A stretch of DNA of 64,000 nucleotides from Minisyncoccota bacterium (GTDB lineage Bacteria > Patescibacteriota > Minisyncoccia > Phycocordibacterales > UBA9973). The position numbers were made by a program, and so were the translations under genes. Where the stretch lies: contig JBAYHR010000001.1 of assembly GCA_041666045.1 (NCBI GenBank), positions 187,391-251,390 of the forward strand, given 5' to 3'. How positions within the stretch are numbered: the stretch's first letter is position 1; each line of letters begins with the position of its first letter. Of the stretch, positions 18,126-27,922 are shown piece by piece. The notes beneath the pieces are model-generated. The model was not told where the DNA came from, made no database searches, and saw only the letters and a program-made list of their open reading frames with translations.

Positions 18126-18890
18126 ATGACAGAAGAAATAAATATTCTTTTAAAGTTTAACAAGGAACTACATGATCTTGTAGATACTAAACTACAGCTT
18201 GATATTACTGATGGTGATAACAAGGCTTTTTTCACTGCGTTCGCAATGGGTAAAGCATTCAAGACAGATGAAGCCATTGGTCTTCTCTGCAGAAGCGGAT
18301 ATGGTGAGGATGCTTTTATGCTCGCTCGCACATTATTTGAATTAATGGTCACTACTGCTTATATTCTTCAAGATACTACTGAAGATCGTTTAACTCGGTA
18401 TGCAAATCACGACTGGGTTACCAGAAAACAAATGTATGACTATGTAGTTTCAAATGAATCCTTACTTGCTGGATTAAACAAAGAAATTAAATCTGGCAAC
18501 AGACCAGACACAGTTGCAGAAGTAGAAGCTGAATATAAAAAAGTGATGGATAAATACAAATACCAAAACGGTACTTGGTCTGACAAGAGTATCAAGGACA
18601 TGTCCGAATCAATCGAAAGACTCGATGCTTACAACACGGTTTACCGATTACAGTGTACTTTGGGTCATACAAACGCCAGAAGCATTAATGAATATGTGAA
18701 TGTTACCGAAGAAGGAACTATTTTAAATATCGGACCAAACTGGGATCTTGTAAAAAATACCTTAGTGATAACGTTTGACTGTTTCTTTCATATCACTCAA
18801 GAAGCAAATAGTAAGTTTGGATGGGGGCTAGAAGATACCTTAGAAGAAATATCGAAAAAATGGGCAGAAGAAGTTGGTAATTTAAAGTAA
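18126..18890 (+). CDS. Uncharacterised all-alpha protein, first gene of the DUF4238 operon; possible HEPN-like domain
   Basis: 254 aa. C-terminal region YRLQCTLGHTNARS fits an R-x6-H HEPN-type motif. Its stop is 4 nt before the next gene. Confidence 0.45.
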   Translation: MTEEINILLKFNKELHDLVDTKLQLDITDGDNKAFFTAFAMGKAFKTDEAIGLLCRSGYGEDAFMLARTLFELMVTTAYILQDTTEDRLTRYANHDWVTRKQMYDYVVSNESLLAGLNKEIKSGNRPDTVAEVEAEYKKVMDKYKYQNGTWSDKSIKDMSESIERLDAYNTVYRLQCTLGHTNARSINEYVNVTEEGTILNIGPNWDLVKNTLVITFDCFFHITQEANSKFGWGLEDTLEEISKKWAEEVGNLK

Positions 18891-18894
18891 AACA

Positions 18895-19863
18895 ATGACA
18901 AACAGTAAAAAACATCATCACTATATACCACAATTTTACATTAATGGATTTACTAATCACAAAGGTGAAGTTTTTGTTCTTGAACATTCAACAGGTAAGA
19001 TAAATAAGCAAAGTAAATACGGAACATTCCATAAATATAAATTTTATACAGTAGACTTTTCTAAACACAAAGAACGAGATCCCGAATCGGCTCAAAAAAT
19101 TAAAAAGGCTTTAGGTATAGAAAATGTAGACACAAGTAATGTAAAAAAATACCCCGATATGATAGAAGATTTGTTAGGTGATTCAGAGACTGTTTCTGCT
19201 CCTATAATTAAGAAGTTAATTGAGGGTAAACAAATCTCTTCGACAGAAAAAATTGAACTCTCGACTTTTATAGCACTAATGTACACAAAAACTCCATCCT
19301 TCCACAATTTTGCCTCTGAAATGGAAAAGCAAATGATGAACAAAAGTATAAAGAAACTATTTTTAGAAAAAGAAAAAGTAAAAGATCTTTATAATAAAAT
19401 GCTGGCAGAAGGCTATGAGGATAAAATTGATGTACAAGAACTTTTTAAACTTGTTGAAGAAGATAGATATAAAATTGAAATACCAAAAGAATTGACTATA
19501 CAAACGATGCTAATTGGAACAAGTGTTATAGATAGGATTTTGTATAACAAAACATGGTTGATAATGGAAGCACCTTCTACAACTAGTTTTATAACAAATG
19601 ATCAGCCGGTATTTATGAATCATCCCCTTGTGAATAAATATGGCCCATTTAGTGTTGGAGTTGGCACGTCAAAAGTAGAAATCATTTTTCCACTTTCTAA
19701 AGAGCTTTTATTGATTATGAAGGATACTCCAAAAGGAAATATGATTATGCATAAAAAAATTGATCGGACGAAAGTACGTGATTTAAATAAATTAATTTTT
19801 GCTCGCTCTGGCGATTATGTTATTGCTCGTGATTTTGCCTTAATAAAGAAATTAATGAAATAA
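18895..19863 (+). CDS. DUF4238-family protein (paralog 1)
   Basis: N-terminal HHHYIPQFYINGF matches the DUF4238 signature H-Y-h-P-Q-F-Y-L-x-x-F; internal SFITNDQPVF matches the family's SDNPV motif. 322 aa. Confidence 0.65.
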   Translation: MTNSKKHHHYIPQFYINGFTNHKGEVFVLEHSTGKINKQSKYGTFHKYKFYTVDFSKHKERDPESAQKIKKALGIENVDTSNVKKYPDMIEDLLGDSETVSAPIIKKLIEGKQISSTEKIELSTFIALMYTKTPSFHNFASEMEKQMMNKSIKKLFLEKEKVKDLYNKMLAEGYEDKIDVQELFKLVEEDRYKIEIPKELTIQTMLIGTSVIDRILYNKTWLIMEAPSTTSFITNDQPVFMNHPLVNKYGPFSVGVGTSKVEIIFPLSKELLLIMKDTPKGNMIMHKKIDRTKVRDLNKLIFARSGDYVIARDFALIKKLMK

Positions 19864-19865
19864 GT

Positions 19866-20939
19866 ATGAATACATTATTTTTAAAATTTAATATGTATAG
19901 AAACTATTCAGGTAAAAAATTCATGAATTATGTTTTTAGAAACCGTCTTGGTAAAACCATATGGACGACAAGATTGATTATTTTCATAATGAATATTCTA
20001 GACAGAAATCAGGTCTACGTAAATACTGGTGATGTAGATAATTTTGATCATTACGTACCACAATTATTACTTAACAGATGGAGAATCTCAGAAACAGGAG
20101 AAAACAAAAATAAAATATTCTTCTGGTCTAAAATAAATAAAACTATTAAACCTAAAAGTATTAAGAAGGTTGCAGGAGAAATAAATTGGGATACAAGTTC
20201 AGCTGATGGTAAACCAAGCGACTATATAAGTAAAAAACTATATGCGGAAGTTTTAGAACAAAAAGCTAGTTATATAATAAAATATGTAAATACTAATAAA
20301 ACCCCTGAATTAACTTTTTTAGAAGAATCTACTCTTTCAGTTTTTGTGGCTCATCAAATTATAAGAGTTCCTAATTTTAGAAAAACACTTAATAGATTTT
20401 TATCCTTGGGTTATTCTAAAGGGCTTATTTCAAAAGAAGAACTAGGAAGTAAAAAGGTATTAATAGAAAAAGTAGCAAAAAATACTATTAATATTACCTA
20501 CGATCAGTTAGATAAAGAAAAACCACTGTTTGTTTTAAAAGGAGCGAAACAACAAGAATCTCTTATATCGTTAGTTGTTGCAGATGATATAGCTGAAAAA
20601 ATTTACAGAACAAGGCATTTAAAATTTTTAGAAATATCTGAGGAATATGAAAATGAATTTGTTATTTCTGATAATCCGGTAGTTTTTCTAGATATGGGAA
20701 GAAAAACTATCTTAAATCATATACCATGGTGGGAGGTAGGAATAGAAAAATTTATAATCTTTATGCCAATTTCTCCTAAAAAAGCACTTCTATATTCACC
20801 AATAAAAGATGAACAGGATCTACCAATAAAAGAATTTATTGATTTATTAAATTTTGGACAATATACAAACTGTTCAGAAGGAGTATTTAGTAAAAAAGAA
20901 ACAATAATTCAAAAACATTTGAAATATTATGATTTGTAA
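19866..20939 (+). CDS. DUF4238-family protein (paralog 2, divergent)
   Basis: DHYVPQLLLNRW and FVISDNPVVFL motifs. Starts 3 nt after paralog 1's stop; an alternative start is ATG 19989 (MNILDRNQ). Confidence 0.6.
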   Translation: MNTLFLKFNMYRNYSGKKFMNYVFRNRLGKTIWTTRLIIFIMNILDRNQVYVNTGDVDNFDHYVPQLLLNRWRISETGENKNKIFFWSKINKTIKPKSIKKVAGEINWDTSSADGKPSDYISKKLYAEVLEQKASYIIKYVNTNKTPELTFLEESTLSVFVAHQIIRVPNFRKTLNRFLSLGYSKGLISKEELGSKKVLIEKVAKNTINITYDQLDKEKPLFVLKGAKQQESLISLVVADDIAEKIYRTRHLKFLEISEEYENEFVISDNPVVFLDMGRKTILNHIPWWEVGIEKFIIFMPISPKKALLYSPIKDEQDLPIKEFIDLLNFGQYTNCSEGVFSKKETIIQKHLKYYDL

Positions 20940-20985
20940 TATAGATTTATTTTGGTACAAAGAAAATTTTTAAAACTCTAAAAAG

Positions 20986-22800
20986 TTATTTACTTAACAA
21001 TTCAGTATTCCAAGAAGAAATTACTCCTTGTATATTTGCAACCCAGTCATCTGAATTATTATTATCATTTGTACTATTAGCAATTTTTTCAACCAATTCT
21101 TTTAAATAACTATGAGCAAAGTATTTTCCACCTTCTCTCATTACTCGTAGTGTTTTTAATAAACCAACAAATTGTGAAATTGTAATTGGGGCAATTTTTT
21201 GTCGACTACCTTTATAACCAATAGTATTTGCAATGTAAAAAGTTTCAGCACTATCAATATGGATTGATGGAGCAATGAATATACAATACGAATCATCATT
21301 ATTTTTTTCAAAATCTCGTAAATGTCGCATAACTGGCTGGCCTTCATTAAACCATTGATCACGTCCATTCAACATTGTAACTTCACAAATCATATTAAAA
21401 TTACTGTAATAACATTCAATATCAGCCATTCCCCCAGGAGCAGTTGAAGTTGGTTCATTATCATCACCAACTGGATAATTAGGCTTAATTTCCTTTGCAT
21501 CATTTAATGCATGAAGTCCCATAGTTGAAAGATACTCTAATAACAAAGGACGATTTTCTGCATTATATATATTTTCTAATTGATCAATATATTGAGTAAT
21601 TGAATCAATTGGTTGTGATTTTCTGTGGTTATCTTTCTCCTGTAAATCTTTACGTATAATTCTTAATTCTTCAATATATGAATTCAATTTAGTTTCAGAC
21701 ATCACAGAAATATCTTTAATTTTTTGGACAACTAGACCAAGTGTACCTTGTAATATTTTTATTTCATCATAAACTTCTATTGCTATTTTACTTAACTTTT
21801 CTTTTGTTAACCAAGGTAAAATCGGTAAACTATCATTGGACATATAATTAAGATAAGCATCTCTATCAGTAAACTCCTTAGCTTTATAAAACTCATTCTC
21901 AAACAATGCTTCAATCTCTGTGTGACGATTTGGCTCTAAGTCAACATAAAATCCATTACCACGAATACGAATAAACTTTGTTAAACGAAAATATCTAATA
22001 GCATTATCGCCATAATCTTTCAAATTCGTTAGTAATTTATTGATTTTAGTTTTTTCTCTTGTATTTAAAAAATTAATAGCAAAATTTAAACGAAAATTAT
22101 CACGAATTTTTTTACGTTCTTGTTTATTTTTATTTTTTTGCAAATCTCGTAATTCAATAATTTTATTTGCATAATTTTCAATATCAGTATATTTAACTAA
22201 TGAAGGAACAAAAAATGAAAATTCTCTTTTACTTAATCCGACTGGATTATTACCACGACTTGTTTCAAGTTCATTAACTTTACTTATTAATTTAAGCATT
22301 GCTACAAAAGGTACGACATTATAATCACCATTATTACTAAAATCATCATTGGCAGGATTTGGTATCTGCCATTTTATAAATGATTTTAGAAAAACATCAC
22401 CGGCATCTTTTTCACTCGCAATGAGTTTTTTGCCAAGATCGGTAATTTTGACTATCCCATTATCAATAAAAGCAAATCCAAACTTTGTAAGTGGATTAAT
22501 TGACTGACGACCTCTCATTGAAAAATCTTTATAATTTTTAATTTCAATAATACGATCGACGATTTGATCACTAATTTCATTATCAACATTATTAATTAGG
22601 TCAATAATTTCTCTTGGTAAGCGATTGTAAAACTGTTGGTTTCCAAAACCATACAATCTATCTTTAATTAAAATTTTTTGATATTTTTCTTGATTATCAT
22701 TATTCCATTCCTGATTTTCAAGTAACTGTAAAGAAATCAAAAAACTTCTTAATCTTTCAGGGTTTCTAACAGTTGTTGTAATTGACCATGCCTTTAACAT
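20986..22800 (-). CDS. Putative Type IIS restriction endonuclease (FokI/AlwI-family-like)
   Basis: 604 aa, directly downstream of and co-oriented with a fused double m6A MTase, as for FokI (~587 aa). Candidate acidic nuclease cluster GGMADIECYY...ICEVTML. No sequence-level confirmation was possible. Confidence 0.5.
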   Translation of the reverse strand: MLKAWSITTTVRNPERLRSFLISLQLLENQEWNNDNQEKYQKILIKDRLYGFGNQQFYNRLPREIIDLINNVDNEISDQIVDRIIEIKNYKDFSMRGRQSINPLTKFGFAFIDNGIVKITDLGKKLIASEKDAGDVFLKSFIKWQIPNPANDDFSNNGDYNVVPFVAMLKLISKVNELETSRGNNPVGLSKREFSFFVPSLVKYTDIENYANKIIELRDLQKNKNKQERKKIRDNFRLNFAINFLNTREKTKINKLLTNLKDYGDNAIRYFRLTKFIRIRGNGFYVDLEPNRHTEIEALFENEFYKAKEFTDRDAYLNYMSNDSLPILPWLTKEKLSKIAIEVYDEIKILQGTLGLVVQKIKDISVMSETKLNSYIEELRIIRKDLQEKDNHRKSQPIDSITQYIDQLENIYNAENRPLLLEYLSTMGLHALNDAKEIKPNYPVGDDNEPTSTAPGGMADIECYYSNFNMICEVTMLNGRDQWFNEGQPVMRHLRDFEKNNDDSYCIFIAPSIHIDSAETFYIANTIGYKGSRQKIAPITISQFVGLLKTLRVMREGGKYFAHSYLKELVEKIANSTNDNNNSDDWVANIQGVISSWNTELLSK

Positions 22801-22820
22801 GGTCTAATTATACCATAAAA

Positions 22821-24827
22821 TCAATAATTCGTAATCAGAACTTCTATTGTTATATTGTTTTTTGCAGTAGAATGATAATTTGAATTTTTATAATTATAAT
22901 TTAATTTATTAATTTTGAAATTATTTTTTTTAACCCAATTTTTCATTATTTCATTGGTTTTACCCTTATGCTCCAAAACATTTGATAGAGCAAAGCGAAC
23001 TCCCTTTTTATTTAAGCGTGTAAGCAAAGAATATAAATCTTTTTCATCTTGTTCAGTCCAACCACCCAATTCATTATAACTTGCTAGCCCCAATAAATAA
23101 GGTGGGTCTAAATAAACAAAATCATCTTTTTGTAAATTTTCTTTTTCTATTTCTCTAAAGTCTTGAGTTTTGAAAACTATCTTTTTTTCATTAGAAATTT
23201 GATTAAAGCTTGCAACATTTTTTCTTAAACTACCATTATAATCTCGCTTGCCGACCGGTAAATTAAAGCCTCCATTACTATTAAAACGAATTTGATTATT
23301 GAATGAGTAAAGAATCAACACTAACAATAGATCTATTCTCGTTTTGTTTTTATTAAATTCATTACGTAATTTCAAAAAAGAATTCTTATTATATTGCCCA
23401 AGCCCCACAGAACTATCGGCATTATAGTGAGAATACCCTTTGATATAACTTTGACTTAATTCAAATTTATCAATTATATTGATAATTCCTTGATTTAAAT
23501 CTTCAAAATTATTATTCTGAATTAGTTTTAATAAATTAACAACGTATCTATTTTTTTCTAAACAAACAATATTTTTAGCTGTAGCATTAATACCAACATT
23601 TGCACCACCAGAAAATACGTCATAAAATACATTTATTTCGTTTGGAAATAATTTTACGATTTGTGGTAATAATTTATGTTTTCCACCAGTATAATTAAGA
23701 GGAGATTTTACAAAGCCGTTTTGAACAGGATTGTTTTTTGAAGCAATAACTAATTTTTGAGTTCTTTTTGCAACATTAACTTTACAAAGAAAAATCCTCT
23801 CTTTTAAATTGTCCTTGCTAGATTTTCCAGTTGTAAATTGTTTAAAATCAGTTTCAAAAATACGAACATCTCCTTTTCTTTTTAACGCCGATAAAATTTC
23901 ATGGTCACTAATTCGCGATTGAGATCGTGCATTTCCTGATGTTCCCATATCATTATATGAAACTAAAATATATTTTGCATTAATATTATCTATCAAATCA
24001 CAAAAAGCAACACCGGCTGATTTCATATTGTATTTGCTTTTAATATGAGAACGATCAATTTTTTTTGCAACTCCAAAAACCTTTTCTTTTTTCCATGTAG
24101 CTACATTTTCAAGTAAATGATATGCGTCAGAGTATTGACGAGAGTTGTATGGTGGATCAATATAAACAATATCAGCTTTTATCTTTTTTACCAATTCGTT
24201 GGCGTCACTTTTATAAATTTCTGCGGAATATTTAGAATTTTTTATATCAAGTGGAAGTAAAAATAGTTTTTTATCGGGGATATCAATTTTTCTATAAGCA
24301 TCATAGTGTCCAACAGTATTAGCGATTTTATCAAAAGCATAGATTAAAGAAGTTAATAAATATGATTTTTCTCGTTTTGTAATTATTTTTTTTTCAAACA
24401 ATTTTTCAATATCATCCCTAATTACTCCTATTTTTTTTGAATTAGTTGTATTAAAATAGGTATTAGAAAAATTATTTGAAAAATAATTATTGCTATATTT
24501 TTTTAAATCAAGTTTATTGTAAAAATTTAATCGTTCTTTAAGTTTATCTTCTCTTATTATATCTCTACCGAAAAATGCATTATAGATATAATTATTTGAA
24601 TCGAGAATATCATTAACGATTATTTTTGAACGACTATGGAAATGATTTGCAACCGTACCAGTACCAGCAAAGATATCAGCAAATGATTCAAATTGTATGT
24701 TTTCAGTTTCTAAAATATTATCAATAAAACTAAGTAACTTAGTTTTTGAGCCAAGATAACGTCTTTGATTAATAGAAATTATTTTATTTCCAAAGTATGC
24801 ATCGTTCATATATAAATAGTATATCAC
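22821..24827 (-). CDS. Fused tandem N6-adenine DNA methyltransferase (two D12/Dam-class domains, M.FokI-like; Type IIS modification enzyme)
   Basis: Domain 1 has RRYLGSKTKLL, FAGTGTV and VYIDPPYNS. Domain 2 has NYTGGKHKLL, FSGGANVG and VYLDPPYLL. 668 aa. Confidence 0.85.
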   Translation of the reverse strand: MIYYLYMNDAYFGNKIISINQRRYLGSKTKLLSFIDNILETENIQFESFADIFAGTGTVANHFHSRSKIIVNDILDSNNYIYNAFFGRDIIREDKLKERLNFYNKLDLKKYSNNYFSNNFSNTYFNTTNSKKIGVIRDDIEKLFEKKIITKREKSYLLTSLIYAFDKIANTVGHYDAYRKIDIPDKKLFLLPLDIKNSKYSAEIYKSDANELVKKIKADIVYIDPPYNSRQYSDAYHLLENVATWKKEKVFGVAKKIDRSHIKSKYNMKSAGVAFCDLIDNINAKYILVSYNDMGTSGNARSQSRISDHEILSALKRKGDVRIFETDFKQFTTGKSSKDNLKERIFLCKVNVAKRTQKLVIASKNNPVQNGFVKSPLNYTGGKHKLLPQIVKLFPNEINVFYDVFSGGANVGINATAKNIVCLEKNRYVVNLLKLIQNNNFEDLNQGIINIIDKFELSQSYIKGYSHYNADSSVGLGQYNKNSFLKLRNEFNKNKTRIDLLLVLILYSFNNQIRFNSNGGFNLPVGKRDYNGSLRKNVASFNQISNEKKIVFKTQDFREIEKENLQKDDFVYLDPPYLLGLASYNELGGWTEQDEKDLYSLLTRLNKKGVRFALSNVLEHKGKTNEIMKNWVKKNNFKINKLNYNYKNSNYHSTAKNNITIEVLITNY

Positions 24828-24994
24828 ATTATATTAAAAGCAATAAATAAATACTGTTTTAATTTAAAAAAAGTATCAAATGATTTATAAAAATAACATT
24901 ATAAATTGTTTAAGAAATTAAATTTTTATAATCAAATTCTTTTAAAACAATAATTAAAATAAAATATATACAGGTATTTTTTATATATTTTTAA

Positions 24995-25030
24995 TAAAAA
25001 AACGCCGATCAAAAATCAGCGTTTTTTGTA
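24995..25030 (-). terminator. Intrinsic terminator after the 161-aa membrane protein gene (bidirectional A/T runs)
   Basis: Imperfect hairpin cgccgat-caaaa-atcagcg flanked by an A-run and a T-run. Confidence 0.45.
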
Positions 25031-25033
25031 AAT

Positions 25034-25519
25034 TTATTTTTCTAAATCTTTTATTTCTTTATCCAGCTCTTTATTGTATTTTTTACTATCTTTAAAGAAA
25101 ATAAAAAGAGCATACATAAGACAAATTATGCCTAAACTAGAAAAAATATAAAAAATAAAATCATTGTCTATATAAAAACCATAGACAATAAATCCTAATA
25201 GGATTAATGCAACACCTAACCAAATAAAGAATAAAATTCTTTTCTCTTCTTTTATAAAAGAAAAATACTCTAAATACATTAATTTAATTTTTTTAATATA
25301 TTTATTTTCATAAATCTCTAACATCAGACAAAGAAAATAAAATAAAAAAAACATTCCTATTGTGCCCATAAATACCATAATAACAGTATTTATAATACTT
25401 TTTTCAAAGCAATTTGCCACTATGGCAATTACTAAAAAAAATATACCAAGAAAAAAACTTACTGCAATCTTCTGCTCTTTTCTTTTTAATTCAGATTCAA
25501 CTTTTACAATGTCTATCAT
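25034..25519 (-). CDS. Hypothetical 4-TM membrane protein
   Basis: 161 aa with four hydrophobic helices. Paired with the upstream 65-aa ORF, 11-nt gap. Confidence 0.45.
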   Translation of the reverse strand: MIDIVKVESELKRKEQKIAVSFFLGIFFLVIAIVANCFEKSIINTVIMVFMGTIGMFFLFYFLCLMLEIYENKYIKKIKLMYLEYFSFIKEEKRILFFIWLGVALILLGFIVYGFYIDNDFIFYIFSSLGIICLMYALFIFFKDSKKYNKELDKEIKDLEK

Positions 25520-25530
25520 AATAATTAGAT

Positions 25531-25728
25531 TTAAGGGGTTTTTATTTTTGATCTTTTCTCTTCAATTATAGTTTTTTTTGTTTTTTCATTTATAATAAAA
25601 TTATATTTTTTTTTGATATTCTCAGGTATATACATTTTATTAAATGCTGCTTTTCTTGCTTCAAATAAAACATCTTCAATTGAATTTAATGGTTCAACTT
25701 CTATTGGTTTAATTTTTTTATTTTTCAT
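25531..25728 (-). CDS. Hypothetical small soluble protein, partner of the 4-TM protein
   Basis: 65-aa, Lys-rich ORF. Confidence 0.35.
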   Translation of the reverse strand: MKNKKIKPIEVEPLNSIEDVLFEARKAAFNKMYIPENIKKKYNFIINEKTKKTIIEEKRSKIKTP

Positions 25729-25854
25729 ATATATTTAATTTTTAAAAGTTTTTACACCGGACAAATTTAATAAAAGCATACCATATAAGTATTAAAAAGT
25801 AAATAGATAATTTACCCTTGAAAATATAGATTTTATTCGCTATAATCTTCAAAC

Positions 25855-26607
25855 ATGCAAAAAGATAGAAAAATTAAAATTGTCATTTTAGCAGCTGGAA
25901 AAGGAAAAAGAATGCAAAGTGATTTGCCAAAAGTTTTGGCACCTCTTAAAGGTAAACACATGATCAAGCACGTAATAGAATCTATCAAAGAAATTCATGA
26001 CGAAAAACCTTATGCAATAATCGGACACATGGCAGAATTAGTTCAAAAAGAACTTGGAGATTTATGTTTTTATGTATTACAAAAAGACCAACTTGGCACA
26101 GGTCATGCCGTTTCTTGCGCTAAAGGAGACTGCCAAGGAGCAGAAGACATCGTAGTTTTATCTGGTGATCAACCTTTCATAAAAGCTGAAACTATAAAAA
26201 ATTTAATTGAAAAACATTTAAATTCTGGAGCTAAAATAACTTTCACTACAACAATACTCCCAGACTTCTCTGATTGGAGAAAAGCATTTATTGCATTCGG
26301 AAGAATTTTAAGAAAAAATGGAGAAGTTGTAGGTATCCGTGAATATAAAGACGCTAGTGAAGAAGAAAGAAAAATAAAAGAAGTAAATGCTGGATGTTAT
26401 ATTTTTAATGCAGAGTGGCTTTGGAAAAATCTAGAAAAAATAAAAAATGAAAATATTCAAAAAGAATATTATTTAACAGATCTATTCCACATAGCTTCGG
26501 AAAATAATGAAAAAATAGAAACAATAACGATAGAACCTCACGAAGCCTTAGGAGCAAATACAAAAGAAGAATTAGAAATATTAGAAAACTTTCCTGTAAA
26601 AAAGTAA
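25855..26607 (+). CDS. Sugar-1-phosphate nucleotidyltransferase (GlmU N-terminal uridyltransferase domain only)
   Basis: IVILAAGKGKRMQSDLPKVL and LGTGHAV motifs. Only 250 aa, so there is no acetyltransferase LbH domain. Confidence 0.7.
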   Translation: MQKDRKIKIVILAAGKGKRMQSDLPKVLAPLKGKHMIKHVIESIKEIHDEKPYAIIGHMAELVQKELGDLCFYVLQKDQLGTGHAVSCAKGDCQGAEDIVVLSGDQPFIKAETIKNLIEKHLNSGAKITFTTTILPDFSDWRKAFIAFGRILRKNGEVVGIREYKDASEEERKIKEVNAGCYIFNAEWLWKNLEKIKNENIQKEYYLTDLFHIASENNEKIETITIEPHEALGANTKEELEILENFPVKK

Positions 26608-26691
26608 ATTTTGCTAAAATTTTATCTTCGGAATATAATAAAAGTCTTAATAGTTTAATTTCCCGCCCTGCGCGAGAAGAATTTTAAAAAT

Positions 26692-27909
26692 ATGCAAAAC
26701 CCATTTCAAAATGCGATGTCTCAGCTAGACAAAGTCGCAAAAATTAAAAATTTCAGTGAAGAATTTATTGCTCGCTTACGCCAACCAGATCGTGATATAA
26801 GAATCTCAATCCCAGTAAAGATGGACAATGGCACAACAAAAATATTTGAAGGATATAGAGTTGAATACAATAATGCACTCGGACCTTATAAAGGCGGAAT
26901 CAGATACCACCAAGAGACAGAAATAAATGAAGTTAAAGCTCTCGCATTTTGGATGGCTCTTAAATGTGCTGTCGCTGGCATACCAATGGGTGGAGGAAAA
27001 GGCGGAATCACAGTTAACCCAAAAGAGTTGTCTAAAGGAGAACTTGAAAGACTTTCACGTGGATGGGTTCAAAAACTTTCAGATATTTTAGGACCAAAGA
27101 AAGATGTTCCAGCACCAGATGTAAATACAACTCCAGAAATAATGGCTTGGATGAATGATGAATATCAAAAAATTACTGGGGACACAACTGGAGCAATGAT
27201 CACAGGCAAGCCTCTTGATAAAGGCGGTTCAGAAGGCCGAGGCACAGCTACAGCTCAAGGAGGATTCTTTGTTTTTGAAGCCCTTAAAAAAGAGTTAAAC
27301 TTACCTGAAAAATGTAATGTTGCAATTCAAGGTTTCGGAAATGCAGGAAGTTATGCTGCACTTATTTGGAGTAAAGCGGGACACAATATCGTAGCAATCT
27401 CAGATTCAAAAGGCGGAATTTATAATGCCAATGGTCTTGATGTAGAAAAATTAATGGAATACAAGAAAAGTACTGGTTCCCTTTCAGGATTTCCAGAATC
27501 TAAAGAGATAACAAATGAAGAGCTTTTAGAGACTGAATGTGACCTTCTAATCCCTGCTGCATTTGAAAATCAGATAACTAGTGCAAATGCTGATAAAGTC
27601 AAAGCTAAAGCGATTTTAGAGCTTGCTAATGGCCCTATAGCACCTGAAGCAGATGAAATATTATTCTCAAAAAATATTCCAATAGTGCCAGATATTTTGG
27701 CAAATTCTGGAGGTGTGACAGTGTCATATTTCGAATGGGATCAAAATCTTAAAAATGAACATTGGAGTGAAAAAGAAGTATTCGATAAACTACAACCAAT
27801 GCTCGATGATTCTGCTAAAAAAATCTTAGCAAAAGCAAAAGAATCAAATACAGACCTCCGCCGTGGCGCATTCATCCTAGCACTCGAAAGAATTCAAGAA
27901 AAAATGTAA
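26692..27909 (+). CDS. gdhA: Glutamate dehydrogenase
   Basis: KGGIRYH and GIPMGGGKGG catalytic region; GFGNAGSY NAD(P)-binding motif. Confidence 0.9.
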   Translation: MQNPFQNAMSQLDKVAKIKNFSEEFIARLRQPDRDIRISIPVKMDNGTTKIFEGYRVEYNNALGPYKGGIRYHQETEINEVKALAFWMALKCAVAGIPMGGGKGGITVNPKELSKGELERLSRGWVQKLSDILGPKKDVPAPDVNTTPEIMAWMNDEYQKITGDTTGAMITGKPLDKGGSEGRGTATAQGGFFVFEALKKELNLPEKCNVAIQGFGNAGSYAALIWSKAGHNIVAISDSKGGIYNANGLDVEKLMEYKKSTGSLSGFPESKEITNEELLETECDLLIPAAFENQITSANADKVKAKAILELANGPIAPEADEILFSKNIPIVPDILANSGGVTVSYFEWDQNLKNEHWSEKEVFDKLQPMLDDSAKKILAKAKESNTDLRRGAFILALERIQEKM

Positions 27910-27922
27910 TCAAAAATGTTTT

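Noticed and set aside
20986-22800. Calling the 604-aa protein specifically R.FokI-like with a PD-D/ExK motif
   Set aside because: I could only find an ambiguous acidic cluster (ADIEC...ICEVT) lacking the canonical Lys. The nuclease family assignment is therefore left generic (Type IIS, FokI/AlwI-like) rather than asserted.
6081-25750. Defining exact island ends by direct repeats of the tRNA-Glu 3' end near 25.7 kb
   Set aside because: No copy of the tRNA-Glu 3' segment was found at the distal side. Serine recombinases use very short crossover sites, so absence of long direct repeats is expected. Boundaries are therefore given only approximately.
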